A stretch of DNA of 64,000 nt from Clostridia bacterium (lineage in GTDB: Bacteria; Bacillota; Clostridia; TANB77; CAG-508). Position numbers and translations under genes: made by a program. This document shows positions 1 to 10,207 of the stretch, piece after piece. A model generated the notes under the pieces. The model did no database searches and was not told where the DNA came from. It worked only from the letters and a program-made list of their open reading frames with translations. The stretch is from the NCBI GenBank assembly GCA_017397545.1, contig JAFQIK010000014.1:1070-65069 (forward strand). The letters run 5' to 3'. The stretch's first letter is position 1. Every line of letters starts with the position of its first letter.

Positions 1-2191
1 CACCATTTGTTCTTTTGAACTTACGTAGTTTGTATATATCTTTTTCACCTGATTTAGTTTTTATAATAATTTCGTCTCCAGTAACTCTTTCAACAACACC
101 ATCATTTTTAGCAAGTACTGTAATTCCAGAGTCTTTTGCGGCTCTATATTCTATACCTGTTCCAACTATTGGAGAATCTGTAATCATAAGTGGAACTGCT
201 TGACGTTGCATGTTTGCACCCATTAATGCACGGTTAGCGTCATCATGCTCTAAGAATGGTATCATAGCAGCACCTACAGATACTAATTGTTTTGGTGATA
301 TATCTACATAGTCTACTTTTTCTGGTTCAACTTCTATAATTTCATCTAAGTATCTTACTCTAATTAATTTGTTTTTGAATTTACCATCTTCTGTCATAGG
401 TTCTGAAGCTTGTGCAATAATGTGTTCATCTTCTTCATCTGCTGTCATATATTGAACTTCATCTGTTACTTTTTGTGTTTTTGGATCAATCTTTCTATAT
501 GGTGTTTCTACAAATCCATATTCGTTTATTATTGCGAATGTTGAAAGTGCAGATATTAATCCAATGTTTGGTCCTTCTGGAGATTCTATTGGACATAGTC
601 TTCCGTAGTGAGTATAGTGAACGTCACGAACTTCGAATCCAGCTCTTTCGCGAGACAATCCTCCAGGTCCTAATGCTGAAATTCTTCTTTTATGTGTTAA
701 TTCTGATAATGGGTTTGTTTGATCCATAAATTGTGATAATTGTGAACTTCCAAAGAATTCTCTTATTGATGATGTTATTGGTTTTGTATTTATTAATGTT
801 TGTGGTGTTATAACATCTAAGTCTTGTATTGTCATTCTCTCACGAACAACTCTTTCAAGTCTTGTAAGACCAATTCTAAATTGGTTTTGTAATAATTCGC
901 CAACACATCTAATACGTCTATTTCCTAAGTGGTCAATATCATCTATTTTTCCTAAACCATATTGTAAATTTAATAAATAGTTTACAGATGATATCATATC
1001 TTCTGTTACTATATTTTTTGGTACTAATTCTTCTTCTCTTTCTTCTATTACTTTCTTTAAGTCTTTTTTATCTGTATTTTCTAATATATTTTTTAGAACT
1101 TCGTAATTTACTAATTCTTTGATTTTTATTCCTAATTTGTCTACATCTACGTGTGCTCTAATATCAACTGTTCCATTTCCTATTACTCTAACTTTTTTGT
1201 CATTTACTTTTACATCAACAATATTTATTCCAGAATCTTGAATTTCTTTAGCAACTTCTTTAGATATAACTGTATCTTTTTCTACTAAAATTTCTCCTGT
1301 TTCACTATTTAATATATCGTTGTATGCTACTTGTCCTGCAATTCTTGATGCTAAATTCAATTTTTTATTGAATTTATATCTTCCTACTTTTGCCAAATCA
1401 TATCTTCTTGGATCAAAGAATAAATTATTAAATAAATTTCTTGCAGCATCAACTGTTGGAAGTTCTCCTGGTCTTAATTTTTTGTATATTTCAACAATTG
1501 CTTCTTCACTTGTTTTTACTGTATCTTTTGCTATTGTTGCAAGAATTTTTTCATCTTCTCCAAATACATCTATAATTTGTTCATCTGAAACAAGTCCAAT
1601 TGCTCTTAAAAGAACTGTTACAGGTAGTTTTCTTGTTCTATCAATTCTTACATAGAATATGTCGTTGCTATCTGTTTCATATTCTAGCCATGCTCCTCTT
1701 ATTGGCATAACTGTAGATTTATATAATTTTTTTCCTGTTTTATCGTAGTCAGATTCATAATAACATCCTGGTGAACGTACTAATTGGCTTACTACAACTC
1801 TCTCTGCTCCGTTTATTACAAATGTTCCACTATCTGTCATAAGTGGGAAATCACCTAAATAAATTTCTTGTTCTTTAATTTCTCCAGTTTCACGATTAAT
1901 AAGCCTTACTTTTACATGTAATCTTGTAGAGTAAGTTGCATCTCTTTCTTTAGCTTCTTCTAAAGAATATTTAGTTTCTTCTTCCATATAATAATCGAAA
2001 AACTCAAGAACTAAATTACCAGAATAATCAATAATTGGTGAAATATCTTTTAATACTTCTCCAAGTCCTTCTTTAACAAACCAATCATAAGAATCTTTTT
2101 GAACTTGAATTAAATTTGGGATTTCTATAAAATCTCCAATTTTCGCAAATGTTTTTCTTGTTGTCTTTTCATAATTTAAGTCTTTTAACAA
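1..2191 (-). CDS. rpoB: DNA-directed RNA polymerase beta subunit, 5' part (3' end runs off the left edge)
   Basis: The track has no ORF here because the gene is truncated. My minus-strand translation gives [42 protein letters not shown] and [37 protein letters not shown], plus [19 protein letters not shown]. All are hallmark RpoB motifs. The start is TTG at 2191 (or 2200), downstream of AAAAGGGAG. Confidence 0.95.
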   Translation of the reverse strand, partial: MLKDLNYEKTTRKTFAKIGDFIEIPNLIQVQKDSYDWFVKEGLGEVLKDISPIIDYSGNLVLEFFDYYMEEETKYSLEEAKERDATYSTRLHVKVRLINRETGEIKEQEIYLGDFPLMTDSGTFVINGAERVVVSQLVRSPGCYYESDYDKTGKKLYKSTVMPIRGAWLEYETDSNDIFYVRIDRTRKLPVTVLLRAIGLVSDEQIIDVFGEDEKILATIAKDTVKTSEEAIVEIYKKLRPGELPTVDAARNLFNNLFFDPRRYDLAKVGRYKFNKKLNLASRIAGQVAYNDILNSETGEILVEKDTVISKEVAKEIQDSGINIVDVKVNDKKVRVIGNGTVDIRAHVDVDKLGIKIKELVNYEVLKNILENTDKKDLKKVIEEREEELVPKNIVTEDMISSVNYLLNLQYGLGKIDDIDHLGNRRIRCVGELLQNQFRIGLTRLERVVRERMTIQDLDVITPQTLINTKPITSSIREFFGSSQLSQFMDQTNPLSELTHKRRISALGPGGLSRERAGFEVRDVHYTHYGRLCPIESPEGPNIGLISALSTFAIINEYGFVETPYRKIDPKTQKVTDEVQYMTADEEDEHIIAQASEPMTEDGKFKNKLIRVRYLDEIIEVEPEKVDYVDISPKQLVSVGAAMIPFLEHDDANRALMGANMQRQAVPLMITDSPIVGTGIEYRAAKDSGITVLAKNDGVVERVTGDEIIIKTKSGEKDIYKLRKFKRTNG

Positions 2192-2211
2192 ATAAATCAA
2201 CTCCCTTTTTT

Positions 2212-2275
2212 GATGTGGGATGTGTGATGTGGGAGGTGTGCTTTTTCGCACTTCGCACTTCGCACTTCGCACTTC
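2212..2275 (-). repeat. rpoB leader repeat: imperfect palindrome whose mRNA-sense arm is (GAAGTGC)x4, abutting the rpoB RBS
   Basis: The plus strand reads gatgtgggatgtgtgatgtgggaggtgtg-cttttt-cgcacttcgcacttcgcacttcgcacttc. The arms have the same 7-nt GTG periodicity as the cores of the elements at 20958, 22820 and 30577. Confidence 0.75.
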
Positions 2276-2802
2276 ATAAATGTTTTTTTGAGCAGATATA
2301 TTTATAGAAATAAATTTCTATGTACTAAATTAAATAAGTTCCCTCTTAGAATATTAATGTATTATATCCATCAAAACTGTACTGCCCTAAATCAATTTTG
2401 ATTTTTACAACCTAGCTTAATATCTAATTCCTCCTTATTTAATTTTTTTAAGCAATACAAAAAAGTGTAGAAAAAGTAATTTTATTTTTACTCTTTGGAT
2501 GCTTCAAAGTCTTGCATCCCTACACTTTTAAATTATATTTAGTTTATATTACTATTATTTTTTATTTTAACCACCCTTATATTATAAGAACCCTACCCAC
2601 CATCACAATAAAAGATTGTGGGTGGGTACCCAGGAACCTTGTTATTTTCATAATAAGAGCTACATATTGCAATTTGCAAAATATGTGCTTTATTATAATA
2701 TCACATTAAAATGTGGCTTGTCAACAATTTGTAAAATTTTTTTCAAATTTATGGTTATAGTTGGTTACTGTTCAGACCTAAATTAAAATTTATAGAGGAA
2801 AT

Positions 2803-2916
2803 GTACGGGTGGAATCCATTTCCGCCCGGGCAGATATGGAATCTGCCCCTACAACGTTTGCATTAAAATTTATATTCATTTTTTTGTTGCGGGTCGCCCA
2901 GGGGTGCGACTCCTAC
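2803..2916. repeat. REP/BIME-like cluster (3 units)
   Basis: GTACGGGTGGAATCCATTTCCGCCCG abuts CGGGCAGATATGGAATCTGCCCCTAC head to head. A third degenerate unit, CGGGTCGCCCAGGGGTGCGACTCCTAC, lies at 2889-2916. The CTACAACGTTTGCA flank is shared with other copies. Confidence 0.8.
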
Positions 2917-2972
2917 ATAGACTCTACAAAATTTATTTACCTACTAAACATTAACTACAGTTCGGTTGAAAG

Positions 2973-5900
2973 TTAAAATGAATCTAATCCTACTAATATT
3001 CTTGCCATTCTTAATAAATCTAGATCATCCGCATATATTTTATTATTATATATGTCACTTGCTTTTAAGTGCGCTCCACTTAAACCTTTATACAATTTCA
3101 CTTTATATCGTGCTAGCATTAATAAATCTATATCGTTCATGATTGCATCTCCATTTAAGTCTCCTATTACTACTAATATATATTCGCATATTTTTTGTTG
3201 ATTCTTGTATACTTTCATTTTCATATTTGTTTCTATATTTTCTTTTTCATTTGTTACTTTGTTTCCGACTTTATCATATAGTTCTATTTCATATCCATCT
3301 GCTAGTTCTTCTTTATATTTTTCTATCGTTGTTTCTGGAATTATATTAGTTATATATAATATGTGGTCATCTTCCTCTATTTCATATTTGCTATTATCAT
3401 TTAATATGTCTTCTTTTGTATATTTTTCTATTACTGTAAACTCTACTTTTCCTGTTTTTGTATTGTAGTTTAGTGTATCTTTTGGTATAAATGTCCAGCT
3501 ATATTCTTTTGTTCCTACCTCTAATGTATATTCATCCCAAGCTATTGTTCCTTCTGTGTCTCCTTCACTTAAGCTTATTTCTGGTAAGTTTCCTCCTACA
3601 TATACTTTTTGTTCTTTGTTGTATATTGGATTTACTGTTGGTTCTGCTTTTGATACTTCTATTTCTACTTCTATTCCTATTACTTCTTTGTAGTTTTCTG
3701 TATCTTCTGGTATATATTTTACTGTGAATTTATTTTTTCCTACATTTCCTACTTTTGTTGTTCCTTCTGCTTCCCAACTATATCCTTCTGGTAATTCTAT
3801 TTCTGATAACTCTTTTCCATATACTGCTCTTAATCCTTGTGGAACGGTGTATTCAGGTTCTGCTTTTGCTATTATTAATTTTGCTGTTTTATCTGCTATT
3901 TCGTTATATATATTCGTGTCTACTTCAAATTTTGCTGTTACTGTATATTGTCCTGCATTTATTGCTCCATTTCCAACATAACTTACTGTTACTCCTTCTG
4001 GCAATTCTCCTTCTATTTCTATTATTTGTGCTTGTCCGTTGTATATTACTTCTTTATCTTTGAATTCTACTCCTGTCATGTTTATTGTTCTTTTTGCTAC
4101 TTGTACTTTAAATGTCGCTGTTTTTCCTTCGTATGTTACTGTTATTTCTTGTTCTCCCACTACATTTAATGTTTTTGGATTACATTCAAATCCTTCTGTT
4201 ATTTCTTCTGTGTCTCCATTATTGTATGTTGCTGTTATTACTAATCCTTCTGTATCTAATTCGTCTCCTACATAATAGCTTAATTTTTCTGGTTTTTCTT
4301 TTATTTCTATTTCTTCTAATTCTACTGCTAATACTGTAAAACTTACTTTTCCTGTTGTACCTTTATAGTTTACTGCATCTTCTGGTGTATATGTCCAACT
4401 GTATTCTTTTGTTCCTACCTCTAATGTATATTCATCCCAAGCTATTGTTCCTTCTGTATCTCCTGCGCTTAAGCTTATTGCTGGTAATTCTCCTCCTACA
4501 TATATTGGTGTTTCTGTATCATATTTTGGTGTTACTTTTGGCTCTGCTTTTAGTATTGTTAATTTTGCTGTTTTATCTGCTATTACGTTATATACATTTG
4601 TGTCTACTTCAAATTTTGCTGTTACTGTATATTGTCCTGCATTTATTGCTCCATTTCCAACATAACTTACTGTTACTCCTTCTGGCAATTCTCCTTCTAT
4701 TTCTATACTTTGAGATTCTCCATTATATGTTACTTCTTTATTTTTAAATTGTACTCCTGACATGTCTATTGTTCTTTTTGCTACTTGTACTTCAAATGTT
4801 GTCGTTAATTCTCCATACGTTACAACTATTTGATATTTATCATTTCCCTGCTCTAATTTTTTAGGCGAATAGCTAAAATCTGTCGTATTATTAATATCAA
4901 TTTCTGTTGTTCCATCTGTATATATTCCTTTTAAAACAAGTCCTTCAATATTCAAATTGTCTCCAACATTATATTGAATTTTATTTGGTAATGTTTTAAC
5001 TTTGATTGATTTTACATTTAAATCTACGAATGGAATTCTATTCGTTCTTGCATACCATTGTGCTTCTGTATCACTATGACCATATATAGTTATATTTTTA
5101 GAATTAAAAAAAGCATACTCTTCTATTATTTCAATATTAGGTCCTATCTCAATCTTATTTAATTTTGCACATGAACCAAAAGCATCATTTTTTATCTCAA
5201 CTATTTTTTCTAAATATACTATATTTGTAAGATTCTTACATCCTGAAAATAAATTATTTTTAAGTATAGTAACTTCTCCTAAACTTTCTACAGTTTCTAA
5301 ATTAGTACAACCTATAAATGCACTGTCTTCTATGTTCTTTAGACTTGATAAACAAATTTTTTCTAAACTAGCACAGTTTGAAAAGGCTGCTCTTCCAATA
5401 TTAGTTGTATTTTCCAATCCTATTATATTTTTCAACTTTTTACAATTACTGAACGTATTACTTGGTATTTCTTTTAAATCTCCTATGCTATTTATTTCTT
5501 CTAATTCAATGCATCCAAAAAAAGCTGATGAACCTAAATTTTGTAAACTATTTAAGCTTCCTACATTTGTTAAAGAACTGCAATCCTTAAATGCTGAAAT
5601 CCCTATACTTGTTACATTCTCTAAACTTCCTACACTTGTTAAAGAAGTACAGCCATTAAATGCAGAATTTCCTATACTTGTTACATTCTCTAAACTTCCT
5701 ACACTTGTTAAAGAAGTACAGCCATTAAATATATGTTCTCCTATTCTTGTTATTCCTTTTGGTATTGTTATTTTGTTTAAACTTGTACAACCCCAAAAAG
5801 CTGAATCTCCTATACTTACTATATCTTCTGGCATTGTTATTTTCATTAAACTTGTACAGCCAAAAAAAGTTGAATATCCTATTTGGGTTATTGTTGATGG

Positions 5901-7541
5901 TAATATTATCTCTTCTATATCTTTATTATTTAAGAAACTATTATTTCCTACCTCTGTTACAACATATCCATTAATCTTATCTGGAACATTAACTATCTTA
6001 TCATTTCCTTTATAATTAATAATTTTAGCACAATCTTCACTATCTATTACATAATCAAACTCTTCATCCTCTATTTCTTCATAAATTGAAATTACGCCTC
6101 TTAAAGCACTTTCTATATGTTTATCTTCGTATGAAGCCCAAAAACATCCTTTTTCTCCAGAACTTTCTCCCCAGCTATTTAAAACTAAATATGCTCCATC
6201 ATTATTAGGTCTATTTTCTTCTGAAAAATTATCCTTTGAAAAATTGTCATCCCATCCAATTATAGTTACAGCATGATTAGTTGCTCCATTTCCTTGATAA
6301 TTAAGAGTTGTATATTCTCCTTTTTTTAAATCTGCATTTATTACTGTATATAACCCTCCATAATTCATAATATGTGTTTTTATTTGCTTTCTTATATTTT
6401 CTACATTCTTTTTATCTTCTTCATTTTCTGAAGTTTTCATAGAATTTAGTATCGATGAAATCTTTACTGTTTCATCCACATAAACAACTTGTTCTGCCTC
6501 TAACATCTCCTTTTCTATTTTTTTTATTTCATTTTCTTTTTTATCACTCTCATTCTCGCTGTATAAGTCATAGATTAATTTATTAATTATTTGCTTACTT
6601 TCTGTAGAATACATATCTACATTTTCCTTTTCCATATATATATCTTTCATAGAATATCTTTCTTCTAAAACTGGTCCAATTCCATAATATGTATTTTCAC
6701 TAGTCAAAAAACTTCCTCCAGAATACTGTTCTGTCATAATAGCCAAATGTATTTCAGAAAGATTAAGATCTTTACCATTTCTTAGTGATAAATTTGTTTC
6801 TATTGCAGATAAAGTTGCAAATGCATAACATATTCCATAACTTTTTTGATTCTCTACTTTAATATTTATATAATCTCTTAAATCATACTTTGCTGGAATT
6901 GTTGCTTTATTTGAATATAGTGATTGGAATCTTTCAGAATAGGCTTCTTCAACTGGTTCATAAAATTTAGAAGGTATTACTCCTAATTGAGCCTTTTCTT
7001 CTTCTGTTAACTCCATATATGCTAAATATGACTCATTATATTCTTTTGTTGTTACATATTCTACATATTCTTCGTTTTCTGTTTCTTTATTTATCTCAAA
7101 ATATTTTATTTCTATTCTTTCATCTACTAGTTCTCTTGCTATTTGTATTCTCTCTAAATTTTCACAATTTTCAAATGCATTTTTATCTATTTTATCTATT
7201 TTTTGTCCATTTATTTCTGCTGGAACCATTATTATGTCTTCATTCCCTATATATTCTTCTATCTCTATTTCTTCTGTTTCATTTACTATATACTCACAAT
7301 TATTGCTATTTAATTCTACTTGTGCTACATCATATTCTACTATTATTTTTTCATCGTGCTTATTTTCTTTTTGTTCTTCTCCTCTTACTACTATTATTTT
7401 TTCTTCTTTTTGTATCTCATTGTTATAACTTATTTGAATTTCTCTATTATGATTTTTTTGAACCATTAAAAATATTAATATGCTTAAAATGCATATTACA
7501 ATAATTGCTATTATTATTTTTTTTTCTACCCCTTTTTTCAT
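2973..7541 (-). CDS. Multidomain surface protein: signal anchor, C1 papain-like cysteine peptidase, BspA-type LRRs, Big_3/MBG Ig-like repeats, C-terminal dockerin
   Basis: 1522-aa ORF with N-terminal TM segment KKIIIAIIVICILSILIFLMV. Papain triad context: QKSYGICYAFATLSAIE, NHAVTIIGWDD, LNSWGE. Repeated GCTSLxxI/V LRR units. Repeats of the form VTYNGxxQxIEIEGELPEGVTVSYVGNGAINAGQYTVTAKF. C-terminus GDLNGDAIMNDIDLLMLARY...SDIYNNKIYADDLDLLRMARIL is a duplicated EF-hand dockerin. Confidence 0.85.
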   Translation of the reverse strand: MKKGVEKKIIIAIIVICILSILIFLMVQKNHNREIQISYNNEIQKEEKIIVVRGEEQKENKHDEKIIVEYDVAQVELNSNNCEYIVNETEEIEIEEYIGNEDIIMVPAEINGQKIDKIDKNAFENCENLERIQIARELVDERIEIKYFEINKETENEEYVEYVTTKEYNESYLAYMELTEEEKAQLGVIPSKFYEPVEEAYSERFQSLYSNKATIPAKYDLRDYINIKVENQKSYGICYAFATLSAIETNLSLRNGKDLNLSEIHLAIMTEQYSGGSFLTSENTYYGIGPVLEERYSMKDIYMEKENVDMYSTESKQIINKLIYDLYSENESDKKENEIKKIEKEMLEAEQVVYVDETVKISSILNSMKTSENEEDKKNVENIRKQIKTHIMNYGGLYTVINADLKKGEYTTLNYQGNGATNHAVTIIGWDDNFSKDNFSEENRPNNDGAYLVLNSWGESSGEKGCFWASYEDKHIESALRGVISIYEEIEDEEFDYVIDSEDCAKIINYKGNDKIVNVPDKINGYVVTEVGNNSFLNNKDIEEIILPSTITQIGYSTFFGCTSLMKITMPEDIVSIGDSAFWGCTSLNKITIPKGITRIGEHIFNGCTSLTSVGSLENVTSIGNSAFNGCTSLTSVGSLENVTSIGISAFKDCSSLTNVGSLNSLQNLGSSAFFGCIELEEINSIGDLKEIPSNTFSNCKKLKNIIGLENTTNIGRAAFSNCASLEKICLSSLKNIEDSAFIGCTNLETVESLGEVTILKNNLFSGCKNLTNIVYLEKIVEIKNDAFGSCAKLNKIEIGPNIEIIEEYAFFNSKNITIYGHSDTEAQWYARTNRIPFVDLNVKSIKVKTLPNKIQYNVGDNLNIEGLVLKGIYTDGTTEIDINNTTDFSYSPKKLEQGNDKYQIVVTYGELTTTFEVQVAKRTIDMSGVQFKNKEVTYNGESQSIEIEGELPEGVTVSYVGNGAINAGQYTVTAKFEVDTNVYNVIADKTAKLTILKAEPKVTPKYDTETPIYVGGELPAISLSAGDTEGTIAWDEYTLEVGTKEYSWTYTPEDAVNYKGTTGKVSFTVLAVELEEIEIKEKPEKLSYYVGDELDTEGLVITATYNNGDTEEITEGFECNPKTLNVVGEQEITVTYEGKTATFKVQVAKRTINMTGVEFKDKEVIYNGQAQIIEIEGELPEGVTVSYVGNGAINAGQYTVTAKFEVDTNIYNEIADKTAKLIIAKAEPEYTVPQGLRAVYGKELSEIELPEGYSWEAEGTTKVGNVGKNKFTVKYIPEDTENYKEVIGIEVEIEVSKAEPTVNPIYNKEQKVYVGGNLPEISLSEGDTEGTIAWDEYTLEVGTKEYSWTFIPKDTLNYNTKTGKVEFTVIEKYTKEDILNDNSKYEIEEDDHILYITNIIPETTIEKYKEELADGYEIELYDKVGNKVTNEKENIETNMKMKVYKNQQKICEYILVVIGDLNGDAIMNDIDLLMLARYKVKLYKGLSGAHLKASDIYNNKIYADDLDLLRMARILVGLDSF

Positions 7542-7601
7542 TTTAAGCTCCTTCTAAACTTTATTATTCTTATACCTATAAATTATATATATAAATAAAT
7601 A

Positions 7602-7623
7602 AAGTACAAGATGGCTTGTACTT
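7602..7623 (-). terminator. Probable intrinsic terminator after the 7808-8308 gene
   Basis: Minus-strand AAGTACAAG-CCAT-CTTGTACTT followed by a TTATTTATTTAT tail. Confidence 0.4.
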
Positions 7624-7807
7624 ACAATTTTATACATTTTCTATTTGTTCTTAGGGATACTACTTCTAGGCTTCCTTCCATTCTTTTATTATATTTTTAT
7701 GACATTTGTGTTAAATTATATCGCTTTTTTTAATTATTTGTTACGTATTCTTGGTTTTCACACTAATTAATATTTAAAATTCTTTTTTCCCTTTGCCATC
7801 TATGCAT

Positions 7808-8308
7808 CTATAATGCTAAAATTTGATTTACTTTTTGTAAATATTCTGACATACTAAAGATTGGTATTTTTCCATGACTTATTCTTACATAATCATTTTC
7901 TTCAAAGTCAATTTTCCACTCTCCAATTATGTAACAATTTTCTCCTAACTCCAAAGTAAATACTCTAGGAATTTTAGGAGTTAAAACTAAACTTATACAT
8001 TCAGCTTGATTGATCTCTGTTACTGGCTTTGGCATAATAAAATTAAATACTTTTATATTATTTTTTAATATAGAATATGAAACTCCAAAATCATCAGGTT
8101 TAATTTGTTTATCATTATCTATTATTTCTAAATCTTGTCCATTATTTAGTTCATTTTTTAGTTCATTCCAAAGCAAACAAAAATATTTTTTTATTTCATC
8201 TGGTCCATTTATTAAAAGTTCATTTACTTTTTCACATTCTTCAAATATAAAATTTCTTATTTTATTGTGTGCAAAAAAATAATGTATACTCACTTTTCTT
8301 TTTCCCAT
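7808..8308 (-). CDS. Hypothetical protein (166 aa), no recognisable motif
   Basis: Clean ORF with non-repetitive composition. I recognise no family. Confidence 0.5.
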   Translation of the reverse strand: MGKRKVSIHYFFAHNKIRNFIFEECEKVNELLINGPDEIKKYFCLLWNELKNELNNGQDLEIIDNDKQIKPDDFGVSYSILKNNIKVFNFIMPKPVTEINQAECISLVLTPKIPRVFTLELGENCYIIGEWKIDFEENDYVRISHGKIPIFSMSEYLQKVNQILAL

Positions 8309-8440
8309 AGTCTCTACCTCTTTAACATTTGTAATTAATTTATTATATAGGTTGTTTTTTCTAATTTATATTTATAATATCATACTATATTTTATAGAGA
8401 ACCAATCAGTTACGTTTAAGTAATCATTAATCTACATAAT

Positions 8441-9153
8441 CTAATCAATTTCTATAAATCCCATATGTTTTTGTAATTCCTTATCTATTATTTTTGTAGA
8501 ATATAATCCATTTTCTTTACAATATTTTTGCACTGCTTTTTCTGTTTCTGCGCCAAATTTTCCATTTACATTTCCGTTTAAAAAATCCTAATTCTTTTAA
8601 CTTCTTTTGAATTTGCATTACATCTGAGCCATACATTCCAGACTTTAAATTTCTTAATCCTTTACCAAATGCTCCATATACACCATCTACAATTGTTACT
8701 TTAGTTCCAATAGGTATTATTTTATAAAGCTCTGCAACTTCCTCATTATTCATTCTTATACAACCATGCGAGCTTGCCCATCCAACAGAATGCCTATCCA
8801 ATGTTCCATGAATTCCAAATTGCCCCCAAGGAACATTTAATCCGAAGCCAACTTCCACCAAATCCTTCTCCCCATTTTGCCTTTGAAGTAATTCTCCATG
8901 TTCCTATGGGCGAAGGAGTTGACCATTTTCCTCCTGAACATTTATATATTTTTACTAAAACATTATTTTCAAATAAAAACAATTTTGAGTCTTCTACATC
9001 AACCAAAATTTTATATGTACAACTATTATTATTTGAAGTTTGAACTGTATTTGTCGTATTAAATTTATTTTTTAATATCAAAATAATAAGAAAAATTACA
9101 ATTATTAATAATAATATTTTCATCACGATCTTTAAATTATACACTTTTATCAT
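8441..9153 (-). CDS. L,D-transpeptidase (YkuD domain) with C-terminal PG_binding_1 domain; needs two +1 shifts at CGG
   Basis: Three frame segments join to give ...KAKWGEGFGGSWL|GLNVPWGQFGIHGTLDRHSVGWASSHGCIRM...KKLKELGFFK|GNVNGKFGAETEKAVQKYCKENGLY...FIEID*. This contains the YkuD HGT and SHGCIRM motifs and a classic peptidoglycan-binding repeat. Confidence 0.85.
8574..8576 (-). other. In-frame CGG, +1 shift site (TTT AAA CGG AAA -> F K | G N V)
   Basis: The codon is in phase with ORF 8517..8861 ((8574-8517) mod 3 = 0). The +1 frame continues as GNVNGKFGAETEKAV up to TAG at 8441-8443. Confidence 0.8.
8842..8844 (-). other. In-frame CGG, +1 shift site (TGG CTT CGG ATT -> W L | G L N)
   Basis: The codon is in phase with ORF 8794..9153. 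The +1 frame gives GLNVPWGQFGIHGT...SHGCIRM. Confidence 0.8.
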
Positions 9154-9197
9154 AATATTAATTATATTTGAATATCTTGCTATTATGCAAAATTTTA

Positions 9198-9222
9198 GGG
9201 CGGAAATTGATTCCGCCCCTAC
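9198..9222. repeat. Single REP-like unit just downstream of the prs stop
   Basis: GGGCGGAAATTGATTCCGCCCCTAC. On the minus strand it reads GTAGGGGCGGAATCAATTTCCGCCC followed by TAAAATTTT, so it may also act as the prs terminator. Confidence 0.75.
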
Positions 9223-9244
9223 ATATAAAATTTAATATTTTATA

Positions 9245-10192
9245 TTATTTATCATATTCAAACAAATCACCTAATGGTTGTGCTTCGTTTAACCTCTTTA
9301 TTGCTTCTGCAAATAATGGTGCAATTGATACAACTTTAATTTTATCTATCATTTTTTCTGGCTCAATTGGAATAGTATTTGTTACTACCAATTCTTTTAT
9401 TGGAGATTTTTCTATTCTTTCTATAGCTGGTCCTACTAATACTCCATGTGTTGCTCCTGCATATATTTCTTTTGCCCCATGTTCTTTTAAAATATGAGCA
9501 GCTTCTACTAAAGTTCCTGCTGTACTTACCTCATCATCAAATATTAATGCTGTTTTTCCTTCTATATCTCCTATTATATTTGTTGCTACTGCACTATCAT
9601 TATTTGACTCTCTTCTTTTATCTATCAATGCAAGTGGACACTCAAAATATTTAGAATATTTATATGCTTTTTTTGAGCTTCCTGCATCTGTTGCAACTAC
9701 TACCATATTATCTAATTGCTTTTCTTCAAAATATTTTTCTAATAAGTTTTTTGCTGTTACTCTATCACATATTACATTAAAATATGCTTGAATAGCTGGG
9801 TTATGTAAGTCGCATGTAAGTACATGATCTACCCCTGCTGCTTCTAATAATGTTGCCATTAATTTTGCTGTTACAGGTACTCTCGATTGATCTTTTTTGT
9901 CAGATCTTGAATACATAAAATATGGAAGAACAGCTGTTATTCTTCTTGCTCCTGCTCTTTTTGCTGCTTCTACTGTAATTAATAATTCCATTATTCTTTC
10001 ATTTACTGGTGGTTGAGTTGTTTGTACTATATATACATCTTGTTCTCTTACAGTTTCTTTTAATTGTACGAAACTATTATCATTTGCAAATTTAAAAGAA
10101 TCTTTTTTCCCTACTGGTAATCCTAAATTCTCACATATTTCTTTTGTAAATTCTTCTGCCGAATTACAGGCAAAAATTTTAATGTTTTCCAT
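9245..10192 (-). CDS. prs: Ribose-phosphate pyrophosphokinase
   Basis: The ORF shows a VVVATDAGSSKKA motif and the PRPP-binding loop LIFDDEVSTAGTL. The likely start is ATG 10192 (MENIKIFAC), after AGGGGG. Confidence 0.93.
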   Translation of the reverse strand: MENIKIFACNSAEEFTKEICENLGLPVGKKDSFKFANDNSFVQLKETVREQDVYIVQTTQPPVNERIMELLITVEAAKRAGARRITAVLPYFMYSRSDKKDQSRVPVTAKLMATLLEAAGVDHVLTCDLHNPAIQAYFNVICDRVTAKNLLEKYFEEKQLDNMVVVATDAGSSKKAYKYSKYFECPLALIDKRRESNNDSAVATNIIGDIEGKTALIFDDEVSTAGTLVEAAHILKEHGAKEIYAGATHGVLVGPAIERIEKSPIKELVVTNTIPIEPEKMIDKIKVVSIAPLFAEAIKRLNEAQPLGDLFEYDK

Positions 10193-10207
10193 TTTTATCC
10201 CCCTATT

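Noticed and set aside
3143-7504. Many plus-strand ORFs in the track inside the large minus-strand genes (also 41421-44995, 46399-51219 and 53896-57500)
   Set aside because: Their translations are low-complexity Leu/Phe/Ile/Ser strings, typical of antisense frames of AT-rich coding DNA. They have no RBS and no motifs, and they lie fully within well-supported minus-strand genes.
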